The notes under the pieces were generated by a model, which made no database searches, was not told where the DNA came from, and saw nothing but the letters and a program-made list of their open reading frames with translations. Below are positions 47,686 through 60,730 of a stretch of 64,000 nt of DNA, in pieces. The position numbers were made by a program, and so were the translations under genes. How positions within the stretch are numbered: position 1 is the stretch's first letter; each line of letters starts with the position of its first letter. Source of the stretch: Okamejei kenojei (taxonomy: Eukaryota); assembly GCA_035221665.1 (NCBI GenBank), contig CM069136.1, positions 103,602,001-103,666,000 of the forward strand. Direction: 5' to 3'.

Positions 47686-49287
47686 TGGCATCTTTGGCAG
47701 CAGGGAGATCAGAATTGAACCCAGGCTGCTGGAGCTGTCGGGCCACAGCACCTCCTGTTACCTTATCCTTCATTGTGCGCTGTCCTACATTGATGCACTC
47801 TCTAATGATGCTTGAAAAGAGCAGTGGATCATGGTTAGTGACATTATTTATATTAACAATTTACCAGGACCTTACTTAACATGTTTCAGCAGGTGTACAA
47901 ATATTTGCTTTTAAGCTGCCTCCAGCAGAAATGTCTAATGTCTTGAGGCCAAAACATAAGAAAAGTATATGTGCTGCTAATATTTACGACTTAATTTGAT
48001 TGACAAATAATCCAAAAAAAAGCCATATCTGATTTATCAGTATTAGATTAAGAGCATTTCATAGATAAATTAGAATCTATCTCTGACTCTCTCAGTTTCT
48101 GTCTCTTCTCTGCATTTGTTGGACGTTGCAAGAGATGCTTACACTTTCCTCACAAGAAGACATATTTTTTAATAAATACAAAGACCATTTTGAATTCTCT
48201 TTAAATGATTGTGGCATTCTTAAAGGATCATTCTTCTGCACAAAGTGCAGCATTTGGGTAAACATGTTAAGATGGTTACATATTGACGATGATGTACGGG
48301 TGTCACAGTTTATTTACTTTCATTGAGATGGCAATAATCTACGGTGTTACTGATTCCTCCCCAGTGTCAGAGAAAATCTCCCTTTGATATTCCATTGACA
48401 AAGAAATCAAGCAGTTCAGATCTCGACAATTGTAATGTAGTCAGGGCACCTTATCAGGTTTGTCCCTCGCCTATATCAAGTTGTATGGTGATAAAATAAA
48501 TTTGAATGACACATGATAAAAACAGTTTGTGATTTTGGACAATGTGAACTCATGCAGTTTACGCTTTTTTAATATTAAGATATTGGCCTCATCAGTCATG
48601 AAAGGGACATACTACATGGCCATCTCACCACTATATCTTTCATTCTTGAAACATCAAGGCCACAGAAATGGTGCACTTTATCATATATACATATTAAACA
48701 TCATAATGCCTTTTATGTCCTTGAATGGTAAATAGTCAATCCAAAAATTATGCACTTTCACATAATTATATGTCACATTTAATACATTGTTTGCAGAGAA
48801 AGCTTCAATCTATATTTCTGGTACTTCACTCTGCTTTGTATGTCTCAGTTTGAGAAAGTGCATTGAGGTAATGGTGATGAAACAGTCAGTGTTTCTGTCA
48901 TTGCGTAACAAAATTGGCATAAACTTCTGGAGTACACATATGTACAGTCATATGTGGAGTGTAGAGGTTGTTGCCTGTGTATGCTTGTTCCTCCCATGGG
49001 TCCAATCTTCTTCAGAATGGACTAATGTATCTTCAGTACCAAACACTAAAGGAGCATGTAGTGCCAGCAACACACTGTATGCTTCTTTCAAAAATAATTT
49101 CCATTAAATAGAAGCAGTTGTTATTACTATATTGTGTCCTGGATGACCTACACCAAATTCCTCAAGGCACTGGAAAGATACCAGCAACAAGGTCTTTGCA
49201 AAATCCTCCAAAATTATTGGAAGGATAAGTGAGTCAATGTCAATATTCTGTTCCAAGCCAACTTCCCCGGCATTGTGTTGTTTGTAA

Positions 49288-49586
49288 GGGGCGCCCAGGT
49301 GGCGCAGCGGGAGAGTTGCTGCTTTTAGCACCAGAGACCTTGGTTCGATCCTGACTACGAGTGGTGTCTGTACGGAGTTGGTATGTTCTCCCCATGCCCA
49401 CGTGGGTTTTCCCCGGGTGCTCTGGTTTCCTCCCATACTCAAAAGATGTACAGGTTAGTAGGGTAAAGAATGCAAATTGTCCTTAGTGTGTAGATAGTGT
49501 GCTAGTCTACGGGGATTGCTGGTCGAAGCGGATTCAGTGGGCTGAACATCCTGCTTCCGTGCTGTATCTCAAAACTAAACTAAACT
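49288..49586 (+). mobile_element. V-SINE (HE1-like), full length
   Basis: ggtggcgcagcgg A-box region, B box ggttcgatcc at 49342, V-domain and (TAAAC)n tail. Confidence 0.88.
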
Positions 49587-49639
49587 TAATTTGCCATGAT
49601 TGGTAGGCTATTACATTCACATGTCTGACACCAGACCCT

Positions 49640-49940
49640 TGAAACCAGGCCATCAGAAAAAGAGATTTGAGATGTCCACAGAGCTTTCTTGAAAGAATAC
49701 ATCTCCACTCCAGGGAAACCTTAGCCCATTACCTTTCAAAGTGGAGAGCAAGCATTGGGGGGTGGTATTAAGAAACTCAAGGCCTGGCATTGGGAGCAGA
49801 CTGAGGCCCCACATAAACAGCAGACGGAATACGCCATCCACAGAAGAGTCAATTATTCTCATATTGGCCTCATCAGCCACATCAGAACCCACAGAATTGG
49901 AATTGAAGCAGGTCATGAGAGACTGCATAAGAGGAAGGAG
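49640..49940 (+). mobile_element. RTE-clade LINE 3' fragment
   Basis: QKKRF...SKWR...SHIGLISHIRTHR resembles the RTE ORF C-terminus. Confidence 0.65.
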
Positions 49941-51489
49941 TATCGCATTAGTTGCTTGCATTGCAAGTTAACTTTTAAGGGTGCATTCAGGAAAAATTGA
50001 AACTGAACTACCCTTCTATACTTTTAATTGTGTGGATTGTCATCCCAAAGTTTAAAAAAAGTGATATGCAATGAATTCTAAAATTACTTTTGCTGAATGT
50101 AAGACATTTTTAACATCTACTTTAATCGCTGCATTTTTCTGAGTATTTTGCAGCTTGTAAAATTAAAGCAGGAAATCTTTACTTCCTCATTTGACGTCAG
50201 TGAAAATTCCACGTTATTTGGCTGCTCTTCTTTCTGATGAGATCATTGTTCCTGAATGCCAGACATGTCCTCGAACAGATGCCTGATAATCACCAATATG
50301 GCATAAGGGGAATCTTGCCCTAAGATCTTTGGTGCAAACATTTTTTGAAGGAAGTGGTAAACATCATCGTTTGGCAGGTGACTATAAGATGCAAGCCAAT
50401 AGATGTCACTAATATGGACATTGAAAAGAATACAAAGAAGGAGAGAATGTCGTATACAAGTGGGAGCTCTGATTGCAATCGCATAAAGGGACTGAATATT
50501 CCAGTTGTCACAACCTCCACTATTCCTTCACCGATTTCGCAAAAACAAAATACAAAATTACAACATTTTGGTTTTCAATAACACCATCACTTTTTAACAT
50601 ATCTCATCACTCCCCAAAAAAGAAAGGACTGAAAAACTTTTTCGGTTTATATTTTCATTTTCCAATATAGGTTGCAGCCTTCTAATAGGAAAACATTGAA
50701 CTGAATATATCAAGAGTTCTAATCAAGTATTTATTTTATTTACATTCCTTCCCATCTCGATTGTTAACATCAAGCTGAGGTTATTGGTTTTGGGCTTCTG
50801 ATATTTATTAGATTGCATTATTATGCATTATGCTCCTGGAAAGCTGATGAGTTTGGACATTTAGCCGGAGTGCTCTGTTTCTATTTCTCCCTCTCACTGT
50901 GGAAACAAATTTGGATTGACCTACATTATAGGGGGGAGGTGTAACTTGACCCTCTGTGACCCCAGGCAATGCAAAAAGCAAGTTTTATTAAAGAAGCAAC
51001 AGGGGGTCATTGCAACCAGCTTTGTGCATTCATGTGTCATTCTCTCTTTGGATATGCCTTCTGCTTGAATTTAGTTGCTTCACTCGTCTGGTTCCTTCTG
51101 AGTTAATTCCCTTCATCAACATTCACTTACCCGTCTGAATTCAAAATATGAATTGAAAAAGAAAAAAATAAATACATGCTTTGGGACTCTCCAAACACAA
51201 AGACTTTCTACGGGCAGAATGGGAGTTTTTATTCCATTTGAGGATAAAAATAAATGATGTTACTTTGACTGGCCAATCATAGAATGGATTTAATTAGAAT
51301 TCATCATTATAAATCCCAGATTTTACACTTTACTGGAGTAAACTGGGTCTTTGCAAAAGACAAGAGTGGTCCCATTTTTTAGAAGTGACAAATCAGATTT
51401 AAAGTTATTTTAACATTTATCATAGTTTAAGGTAAAATGTATTGTAATTCCAGGGGAGGATTTTTTTAATCACCACTGCAGTTACTTGG

Positions 51490-52190
51490 CTTGCTTCGTT
51501 GTATTTGAGTAAGATGGCTGTGAGTTCAAGTTCTTGGCAGAGACTTCAGACTTGGTTCTCAGGTTCTTAACTTGCCAGGCCTGAGGAATTATGTTATGAG
51601 GAGGGGAGTGTTGTCTTTGGAATTAATGAAATTGAAGTGAAGTGTGTAACATTATGAGGAGCTGAGAAGGGTAAACAGAAAGGACTTCCTCAGAAGGGAA
51701 GTCAGTAACTACATGATTATTTATTTAAGTTAATTGGTAGAAGGATTAGAGATAGAGAACAAAAATGATGTCAGTCCATAACTGACGGGGATCTGGAATA
51801 CACTGCCTGAAAGAGTGATGGAAGTAGAACCCTCCCCATATTAACTTAATACTTTGATGAGCCAAAATCCTGCACAAGAAGAGCTGGGAAATGGGATTCA
51901 CCCAAATTCAGTTTTTATCTGGCAACTTCCTTTGGAGCCCATTAATTTCTACAATGCTATGGGAAGGGGATCTGGCAGAAGTTTATATTTCATTTTAAAA
52001 TATAATTATCTGGCTAATTTTTATATTGGTGTTTGTGTGAACTGGCTTGGTGCAAATTGGCCAATTGTGTTTCCTACATTACAACAACAATTGCACTTCA
52101 GAAAGTGGTTCATTAGCTGTGAAGTGAATCTTTTTACAACACGTTGGGGATATATGAGAGATATCATAGTGCACCAATTTTGTCTTTTAA
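51490..52190 (+). mobile_element. Degenerate Deu-SINE with an internal old CR1 piece
   Basis: Head gtgagttcaagt at about 51520, CR1-like tggaatacactgcctgaaagagtgatggaag at about 51795, tail gcaaattggcc...tttcctacattacaaca...cacttcagaaagt...cattagctgtgaag at 52050-52125. Confidence 0.55.
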
Positions 52191-53844
52191 GTCTTTCAAC
52201 TTGCTATTTTCCCCCCATGATCATTGTGACCTGAGGGGACTGTTGAAAATCTCAATAAGCTTAGTGTTGGATATATACTGAAACAGAAATATACAACAAA
52301 TCTCCTAAATATTCACTTTTGTTTTAATTGTCATAAAGTTCAAGGCATTTTAATTACATCAGTCACAATGACAGTTGTACTACTGAAATTAGCTCTCATC
52401 TTTATTTATGGTTCCATAAACATGATCATGTAGTAATCAAACTAATTTGCTTTTCAACAATATTCAATCCAAGCCTGAGCACTGGTGAGGGGGAGGGAGA
52501 AAGAAAACAATGTATTATGAGGAGATTTAATCTTTAATAATGCGGCAGAGCACTTCGTAGAATTTCAACAAGCTGCAAGATCAAAAAAGTGCCCTTTGCA
52601 TCTAAAGCTCACTCTGTGTTGCAGTGTGGTGTTGTTCTGAATGCTGCAGTCCGCATTATAAAGTGTGCACCATAGAGTAACCCAACCCTGAACTGTCGTG
52701 AAACATTTCACTGTGAAGCCTTGGATTACATCAATAGCATCTACATGCATTCCCATAAATTAATAATTGGCCTCGGATCCGTTGCACTTTAATCAGTTGC
52801 TTTAGGATGCAAGCTGTACACATGACAGTGCTTATTTGCAGCAAAACTGAACATCTGGTATGTCAAAATAGTTTAAAAGGAAATTGTTTAAAAATAGAAA
52901 AATAAATAAATGCTTCCTTATTTACAACAGAAAGAATAAGCTATTCTGAGTTTAGTGCAAGGAGGCAGAATATATTTACTTAAAAAGCATACAGTGTGAG
53001 GGGATTAAAAAGCTCTCTAATCAGATAGAAATCGTTCGGCCACTTGATTAGGGCTGATTTCCACCATCTGGTGATACTTAAGGAGGATCTACCCTTGCTC
53101 ATTGAACACTGTAGCTGCTTAATTTGTTCGGTTCCTAGACATTTAAATCTCTCTGCAAGCAAATTAACAAGAAGGGGGGTGGAATGGAGTGCTTCAGGTT
53201 TTGTTCGCACTGACAGATGGATGGAGGGAGCTCAGATTGAATTCAGCCTAATTACATTGTGCTGTTTTATAATTCCTATCTGCCGTGTGTGCCTTGTTTA
53301 CAGGTTTCTGACTTCAAAAGCCTCGGATGTTTCAATGCAAGCTGAAACAAAACACTGCAATTCTTTATGGCTTGGTATTCATTACCCTGTTTTCCCTGAA
53401 GGGGAGACGATTCGAAAGGGCAGAGAATTATTGTGTATGGAGCATTGCACATGGAACAGGCATTCTATCCTCTTCGAAGTGTAACTTGATTTACATTGAA
53501 TTAGCAGCTGGAAAAGTGGCGGATGGGCCTAATGCTTGCCTGGCAGTAAAGATTTCTGTTTCAGAAGAGGTCACCTTAAAAAATGACTATCCATTTTGCC
53601 CAATTGCAAAGGCAATGCTTAACAATGACATAAATAATTTGACCTCAAGTAACCACAACAAATGGATGAATGTGTTTTTCGCCTAAATTCTGTACAACTT
53701 TTGCTCCTGCCATTGTTGCTTGGTTTTGAGCAAGTGTACCATCTTTGCAAAGTAAGTAATTAATACAAAGGTGTTTCCACTTCAGCCAAAATGTTTTGGC
53801 CAGATAGAAGGATTTTTTTTTAAAGACCTAAAAATTAACCCTTT

Positions 53845-54225
53845 TCAGATGTCAGAAAACACTTTACAGCCAATGAAATAGATTATCATCTTGTTGTGGA
53901 CAATCATTTTAGACAATTCTTACAAAGCAAACTTCCACAAACAGAAATATGATAATGTCTAGATAATCTACTTTGGTAATGTTGACTGAGGATAACTCTT
54001 GTTCTTTGAAGTACATCAATGTGTTTTTTAATCCTCGCCATAGGATTGAAATGGGACCTTGGTTTAATTGAGCTAGCTTTGTCTCATCCAAAAGATAACA
54101 TCTCATGGCAGTGTGGCATTCTCACAGTACAGTAGCCTCGATGTTTCATTGAAGTCTTTAGACCTGAACTTAAAACAAAAACCTTTGACAAGAGGCCAGC
54201 ATATTATCTACTGAGTCCCAACTGA
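53845..54225 (-). mobile_element. Deu-SINE (SacSINE1-like), near full length, degenerate
   Basis: cactttacagccaatgaa...ccacaaacag...gataatct...gggaccttggtttaa...tctcatccaaaagat...tactgagtcccaactga. Confidence 0.65.
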
Positions 54226-57200
54226 TGGTCACTAGTCACAAATCCAGTCCAATGACATCTTCATTCAGTATAGAGCAAAACCCTTAGCTTATGTTTTTCA
54301 CCAATCTCACTTGTTCATGTTTTGTTAAAAAAAGAAACCACTGATTTACATCTGAGTGAATATTTGATTATAGATTAATTTCCCTATTTTAACACCACCC
54401 ACTAAAATCCATACAATCTTTTGCAAAAAAACACCAATCCATTATATGATATATACAGGTTGGCATTAAAATAAGGAAATATTAAATGCTTCAGATTTAT
54501 AACTACCCTGTTGAACAGAAATCTGCAGATGTCAGAAATAAATACAGAGAAAATGATTAACTACATTGCTTGGCAAAGTTGTGAGGTAGAAAAGTTACCC
54601 TGTTCATACAAATTTAAATATAATGTTCAGAAATGAAGGTTCAATGAATGAGAAAGTAAATCACAAACTGTGAGATATGCTGACATTTGATATACCTCTC
54701 AGCGTACATCCAAGGACCGTAGACTGCAAACTGTTGTCAAACAGTGAAAAGGGAGTTAAATGAAATTTGAGGGATTTTGGTTGTCTTTTTTTCATAGAAA
54801 AGAGAGAAATTAATGGTGACTCTGGACAGATGTTACTAAGGAAATATACACACTGGTTTATTGTTTTTCTTCAAATCTTTATTCCAGATGTCCTGTGTGT
54901 GGTACAAAGTTAGTTTAAATTTGAAAGTTAGTTTAAATTTGGGTAGCAACATGTCAGAAAGCAGTGCCATCTTACTAGGTCTGTTTTGCTTCATGTCTGA
55001 TATATTTGACAGGCCAGCCTATATACAGTGTCTTTAAAAAGTAGAATGAACAGCACGTCTTTCACTGTTCTTGCGCATCTGTTTCCTTGAAGGCTTTTTT
55101 GAGAAGCAAAGAGATAATTAATGGTGTATAAACAATCAGCAGAAACACAACCTGAAGGACAAGCCAAGCAATAGTGGTGGATCTTTGCTTTAAGCTCCAA
55201 ACGCCTGGAGGAATAAGCTTACATCAGCCATTCTGTTCCTTATGTTACAAAACACAAACTTCTTTGGTTCCATTCATTAGCAAATGAACCAAAGTTTCTG
55301 GCCTGGCAAATACTCAGAGTCACATAACCAGGCGCCATAATGTTGCAATGGACATAAAACAAAAGTGCCTTATTTTATAATATACTTTGTAGATTTGGCT
55401 GGATATTTATCCTCTCTCCTTTCTAGAAATGAGTTTGCTGTTTCTGATGCAAGTTTCGATATAAAATGCCAAAATAAAATGTTTAAGATACAGTGGGTTT
55501 AATGGAAAGTTTAGTCGAAATTTCACGGGGAAAGGGTGTATTGGGAAGTAGAGTGACATTTCACTGCTGCGGCAATTTTAGATGGATAAATTGCAGACGG
55601 GAAAATTTCCTGACTCTGTAAAATGAGCAATGATGACATCTGTGGATACTGGTCTGTTCATATCTATGTGAAGCCTTTGGGGAAATAAATATTTCTGAAC
55701 ATTCGGTGAAATGAAGCTCACTTAATAAATCAAACTGACACAATAACACTTCTGGCACATGACTCTCTCTTTCTCTCTCTCTCTGCCAACATCCCCCCTC
55801 CCCCTCTACACACCCTCCGAGCAGTCTCTATTTTTGCACCACCAAATGTTGTGTCCCTGAAGGCACCTAAATCAAATCAGCACAGAACCACGATGGGAAT
55901 TTATTGAGATCCATTTCTGTTCTATGAGGAAGTCAGTTGCTAAACAGGCTGGGACAATAATAATGTTTGACCCTTTAAATGCTGAGTGGGTACAGGCAAC
56001 TTCTGACTCGGGGTAAATGGCTGAGTCAGCTTTTCTCCAGGGCTGTTGCTGGAGGAGGATGTGGTGAAGGAAGGAAAACATGGTGTACTCAGGAAAAATG
56101 AAGAATTGCAGACTTGTTGGACAGCTTGCATTTACATGCATTAAGCCAATGATGCCACAAAGTCATTTTGCATTCATCTCCCCCATTTATGTCATGTTAA
56201 TTCACACAGACTTTAAGCATCTAGGATCCAGGGCAGGAAAGTAATATTCAATGGTATACCATAACTGCTGAATTGGGGTAAAAAAAACTGAAGGATTTTC
56301 ATTATATTTGAGGTCAAATAGAAAACTGTAGTATTTGTGAAAGATGTAGTTATTATCCTATCCACAGACATCCTTTTGATGAGGTACTATTTGTTTCCGA
56401 GCACAAAATTATAAGGCCTGATCTCGAGGGCATAACATTTCCTGAAAGCTGTGCTTCATCAAAATATATTCTTCACTTTCCTTGAATAACACAAAACTGC
56501 AGATCTGTATTAAAAAAAAACCAATTATCTTAATTTTTTACAGGACAAAAAATCTCAATATTGGATATCTCACTCTCTCCATTCTCTAACCAATTTGTGT
56601 TTTATAATATTAGCAAGTATGGAACTAAAGTTAAATACCATGTTATAGTTGTTCCCCTCTGTCACTTCGGAGATCCCAATTTGTGGCTAAAAATTGCCTC
56701 TCGTCAAACACTAACACTCCAAGGAGGCTGCATTTCACCAGGATGGGGAATAGAGCCAAACTTTACACCTGTGCTTTGCATAGAGTTCTTTTATACACCT
56801 GTGTATCCATTAGAAATCCAGGCTCATTATAATTGTGCTTGTTCAGTTAATGTGTTTACAGTTACAATAGCTGTAAATTCCTGGTAAGTAAGCAACTGTT
56901 GCTAAGATTTCACATTTAGTCAGATTTACAGCCTATTTATCACTCAAGGTTAGCACATTTCTACATATTTGGTAGAGTCATGCATTTATTATGTTCCAGG
57001 AAATACATTTGTCTGACAGTATATTGGTGTTGATAAAGGGGAGTGATGTCAGTGATGACAAATGGAACATTTTTGCATTCCTTGGTACTTGGTATCAGAA
57101 AGGAGCAGCTCGAGTATAACAATGGTTAGATCCAGATTATTATCACCTCCATTGCTCCGTATTATTCACTGTTCACATTTATATAACACCTGTGGAAAGA

Positions 57201-58689
57201 CCTTTAGCAAGAGATGTATCTTTACAATTTTGTTTTGAAGATAGAGAACATTTAATGACACTCATTTATGAGGTCCAGCAATGTTCTCTCAATTACCTGC
57301 ATTTAAGCAGACCTATGCCATCAGGTTTTGGAGCATGCATTGACATAGCATGAGGCATGCTGTTGCATAGAATCCTATCAACCCATTGCAAAAACTGGGA
57401 TACCTTCAGCTAAAGAGAATAAATTGTTAAAAGAGTCCATGTGTCAAAAATAATAATTTAATTTGCACCAAAAATGTTGACTTTTGCTGCTCTGTTGAAC
57501 TCTGTCTGTGGTTACTATGCACAAAATCAATATTGAAAGGCAGGGCAAAGTTATCTAAATACTTTGCGGCATTGCTGGTAATCCGTTAGTGCATTAAAAT
57601 GAATTTCTTAAAGGTTTGAATTGGGGAGTTTACAAGGAAACTTACTTCTCAGAAAATATTCTTTATATTACAACAGGAGTCCATGCATGGTGGCAAATTC
57701 CCATCAGTACTGTGTGCTTCAATGTGGCTTCATTTTGTTTCATTTTCATTTCTATTAAAATTAATATTTTCTCAATCAACAGGAGTGATCAGTAATGTTT
57801 ACATTTTGTGTCTGGCTGTTGCGTCACATTCCTCAATCTCTCCTCAAATTATTTATTTTACCTTAGCTTAGATTTTATGGTCAATGAAGCAACAGCACTG
57901 ATCCAATGACCTCAAAGAAAAATGATCGTTAAGATGTAGCGATCTCCATAGTGAGGACCTCCAATTTCCACAGAGTTTGTTACTGTCAGGCATCTGCTGA
58001 ACTTTAACATCCTACAATATTACTGCCATCAAACTGGTTGCCCTCCAATCATATTGAAGAATTCTTATAAATAGCAAACCAGGACGTAAAATGGACACAT
58101 TTTTAAATGTTTTATTGAGCATGAAATAAAATCTGGAACTGAGATGAGGTGAAAAGCCATAAGAAAACATTTTTTTTTAAAATCTTAAAAAGTGCACAAC
58201 TGCGAAGAAGGTGTATGTGGAAATTATAATCCACACATCCACCAATATACAATTAAATATTTTTTTATGGGGGGGGGGAGGGTGGTAGGAATTAAGCAGA
58301 TAAATTACTTTGAACACCATTAACATTTCAATTGTAGCTCGTCGGAAAATATCATGGTTTTGTATCTTTTGCGGGAAGTAGGTCATGAAGATCTAAGTAA
58401 GTTCACAAGTTACAAGTAAGATCGCAAGTTTTGGCTAATTGTGCTGGAGGAAACCACAAGAGCACGCCCTGTAAAAGAGACGAAAAATTCACTGACGGCA
58501 ATTTTTGATTAATTCCTCATTAATGCATTTAATGGTACAAAATGCACCCAGAAGATGCTGTCAGGTTCCTGCCCCATTGTAACATTGGCACATGACCATC
58601 ACAGAAGTAACATAATGCAGTGTTAATGTGCAATTTCTATAAATATGTTGTGCATATGACAATGAACTTTACTTGACTCGACCTTATCG

Positions 58690-59180
58690 TAATGCATTAC
58701 ACAGCTTGGTATGACAATTGCTCTGTGCAATACCACAAGGAACTACAGATTTGTGGTGCAGCCCAGTCCATCAGACAAACCCGACTTACCCAGATGACCT
58801 TCCCCGTCGACGCCACATACACCTCACACTGCCTCAGGAAAGCTACCAACCTAATCAAGAATTGTTCTCTCCTCTTCTCACTCCTATTGGAAAATAATAT
58901 AAAACTTTGAAAGAATGTACTTTTAGATTCAAGGGCAACTTCTTCTCCACTGTTATCGGATTCTCTCATAAGCGAAGGATGTATTCCTGATCATCCAATC
59001 TCCTTTGCTGTGACCCTTGCACTTATTTTCATCTACACTTTCTCTGTAGTTGTAACACTACATTCTGCACTGTAGATGTTTTATTTTGCACGAACTAATG
59101 TACACACCCATGGTATGATCTACCTGGATAGTACACAAAGTATTTCACTTACCTCGATACACCTGAGAATAATAAACCTA
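58690..59180 (+). mobile_element. Rex1/Babar-like LINE 3' fragment
   Basis: TAWYDNCSVQYHKELQ..AAQSI...YTSHCLRKATNLIK...RFKGNFF, then a 3' UTR ending aataataaacc. Confidence 0.7.
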
Positions 59181-59663
59181 CACTAATACCAGTACCGTCT
59201 CCCCCTGCCCTTCTACTCTGTTTGCATGCCATGGTCCCAGGAGATTAATCTTTAGTCTTTGTAAGCAGGACAATCCTGGATGACTGGTAAATCTTATTTA
59301 AATTTAAGATAATAGGGTATATTTGGAGAAGACTGAAAGAACACTCAACTCACCAATGGTGCTGGGATCGTTCGGTTTCATCAAGTGACTGGATTGTCAG
59401 TTTACTGTTCTATTTTCTACATTTCCAAATATATTTTCTTCATAATATGTACATTAAATACAATCAGTACATGCCTTTCTCTACATTCATTGTGTCAGTA
59501 ATTCAATATGTTATCTGACAGAATGATAATGCTATTTCTTTCCTCCTTAAACAATACATTCATGAAGCAAATGAAAAACTGTTACATGGGCTCTGTTTAT
59601 CTGTTTCCAGTGGCAGCAAGACTCTGGGGGAGGCACAGTGTTTGATCTGACTATAGGTGCTGT

Positions 59664-60496
59664 GAGGGATGGAGATCGTTATCCAAACATGGGGGATCAC
59701 AATTTNNNNNNNNNNNNNNNNNNNNNNNNNNNNNNNNNNNNNNNNNNNNNNNNNNNNNNNNNNNNNNNNNNNNNNNNNNNNNNNNNNNNNNNNNNNNNNN
59801 NNNNNNNNNNNNNNNNNNNNNNNNNNNNNNNNNNNNNNNNNNNNNNNNNNNNNNGGGCCCTGTGGATGGTAACATCGGGAGTTAACCTGGTTGGTGACCG
59901 ACTCCGAACTCCAATAACAGCAGCTTCATCTGCCCCGAATCGTGGGGCTTCAATCGGCCCGTTCGCGGGGCCTTTCATCGCCCGGCGCAGCTTAAAATTG
60001 CCGCGGGATCTTCGATCGCTCGGCAGGAGCTTCAACATCAGGAACCTCGATTGCCTCAGCGATTTGACTGTGGGGCAGTGGAAGATCCGGAGGCCGATTT
60101 TAAGCCGATGAAAACCCCCGTGAACTGGCTCCGCTGTATGATCTTTGCTCCACCAGGACGTCTCCCACCTCCAATCACCACGCCCTATCCTCAGTCCCAA
60201 CCTCCGCTTCCACCTCTGACTGACATTTCCCTCCTCCAATCATTGTGCTGAATCATCATGTCCCGCCACCCACTGCCTGCTGACTGACGTCTCCCTTGTC
60301 CAATCGGTGCCCTCCTTCAATCATCAGTCCCACCCCCATTGTCCCGCGGAAAGCGGAGATTTTTCATAGATTTCACCGTATTTCAAAATCCGGATTACAA
60401 AACATGGGGGGGGGGGAAATTGTCCCCCACCTCTCAAAACCCGAGGGGGACATGTCCCCCCCCCGTCGCCCCACCCCCCCAGGATTTCCGCCCATG
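59664..60496. mobile_element. hAT-like composite insertion inside a V-SINE, spanning an assembly gap
   Basis: 8-bp duplication ggtgctgt at 59656-59663 and 60497-60504. Right end ggatttccgcccatg; the left TIR matches only 9/15. CpG-rich repeat at 59855-60110. Confidence 0.45.
59706..59854. other. Assembly gap (149 N)
   Basis: Run of N. Confidence 1.
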
Positions 60497-60730
60497 GGTG
60501 CTGTCTGTACGGAGTTTGTACATTCTCCCTGTGACCGTGTGTGTTTTTGCCAGATGCTTCAGATTCCTCTCACACTCCAAATATTTACAAGTTTGTACGT
60601 TAATTGTCTTTAGTAAAGATTGTAAATTGTCCCTATTGTGTCAGATATTGTTAGTGTACAAGGTGATCGATGGTCGGTGCAGACCTGTTGGGCCGAAGGG
60701 CCTGTTTCTACACTATATCTCTAATGTCTA
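60497..60730 (+). mobile_element. V-SINE body and tail (head remnant at about 59630-59663)
   Basis: ggtgctgtctgtacggagtttgtacattctccctgtgacc...gggccgaagggcctgtttc. Confidence 0.8.
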
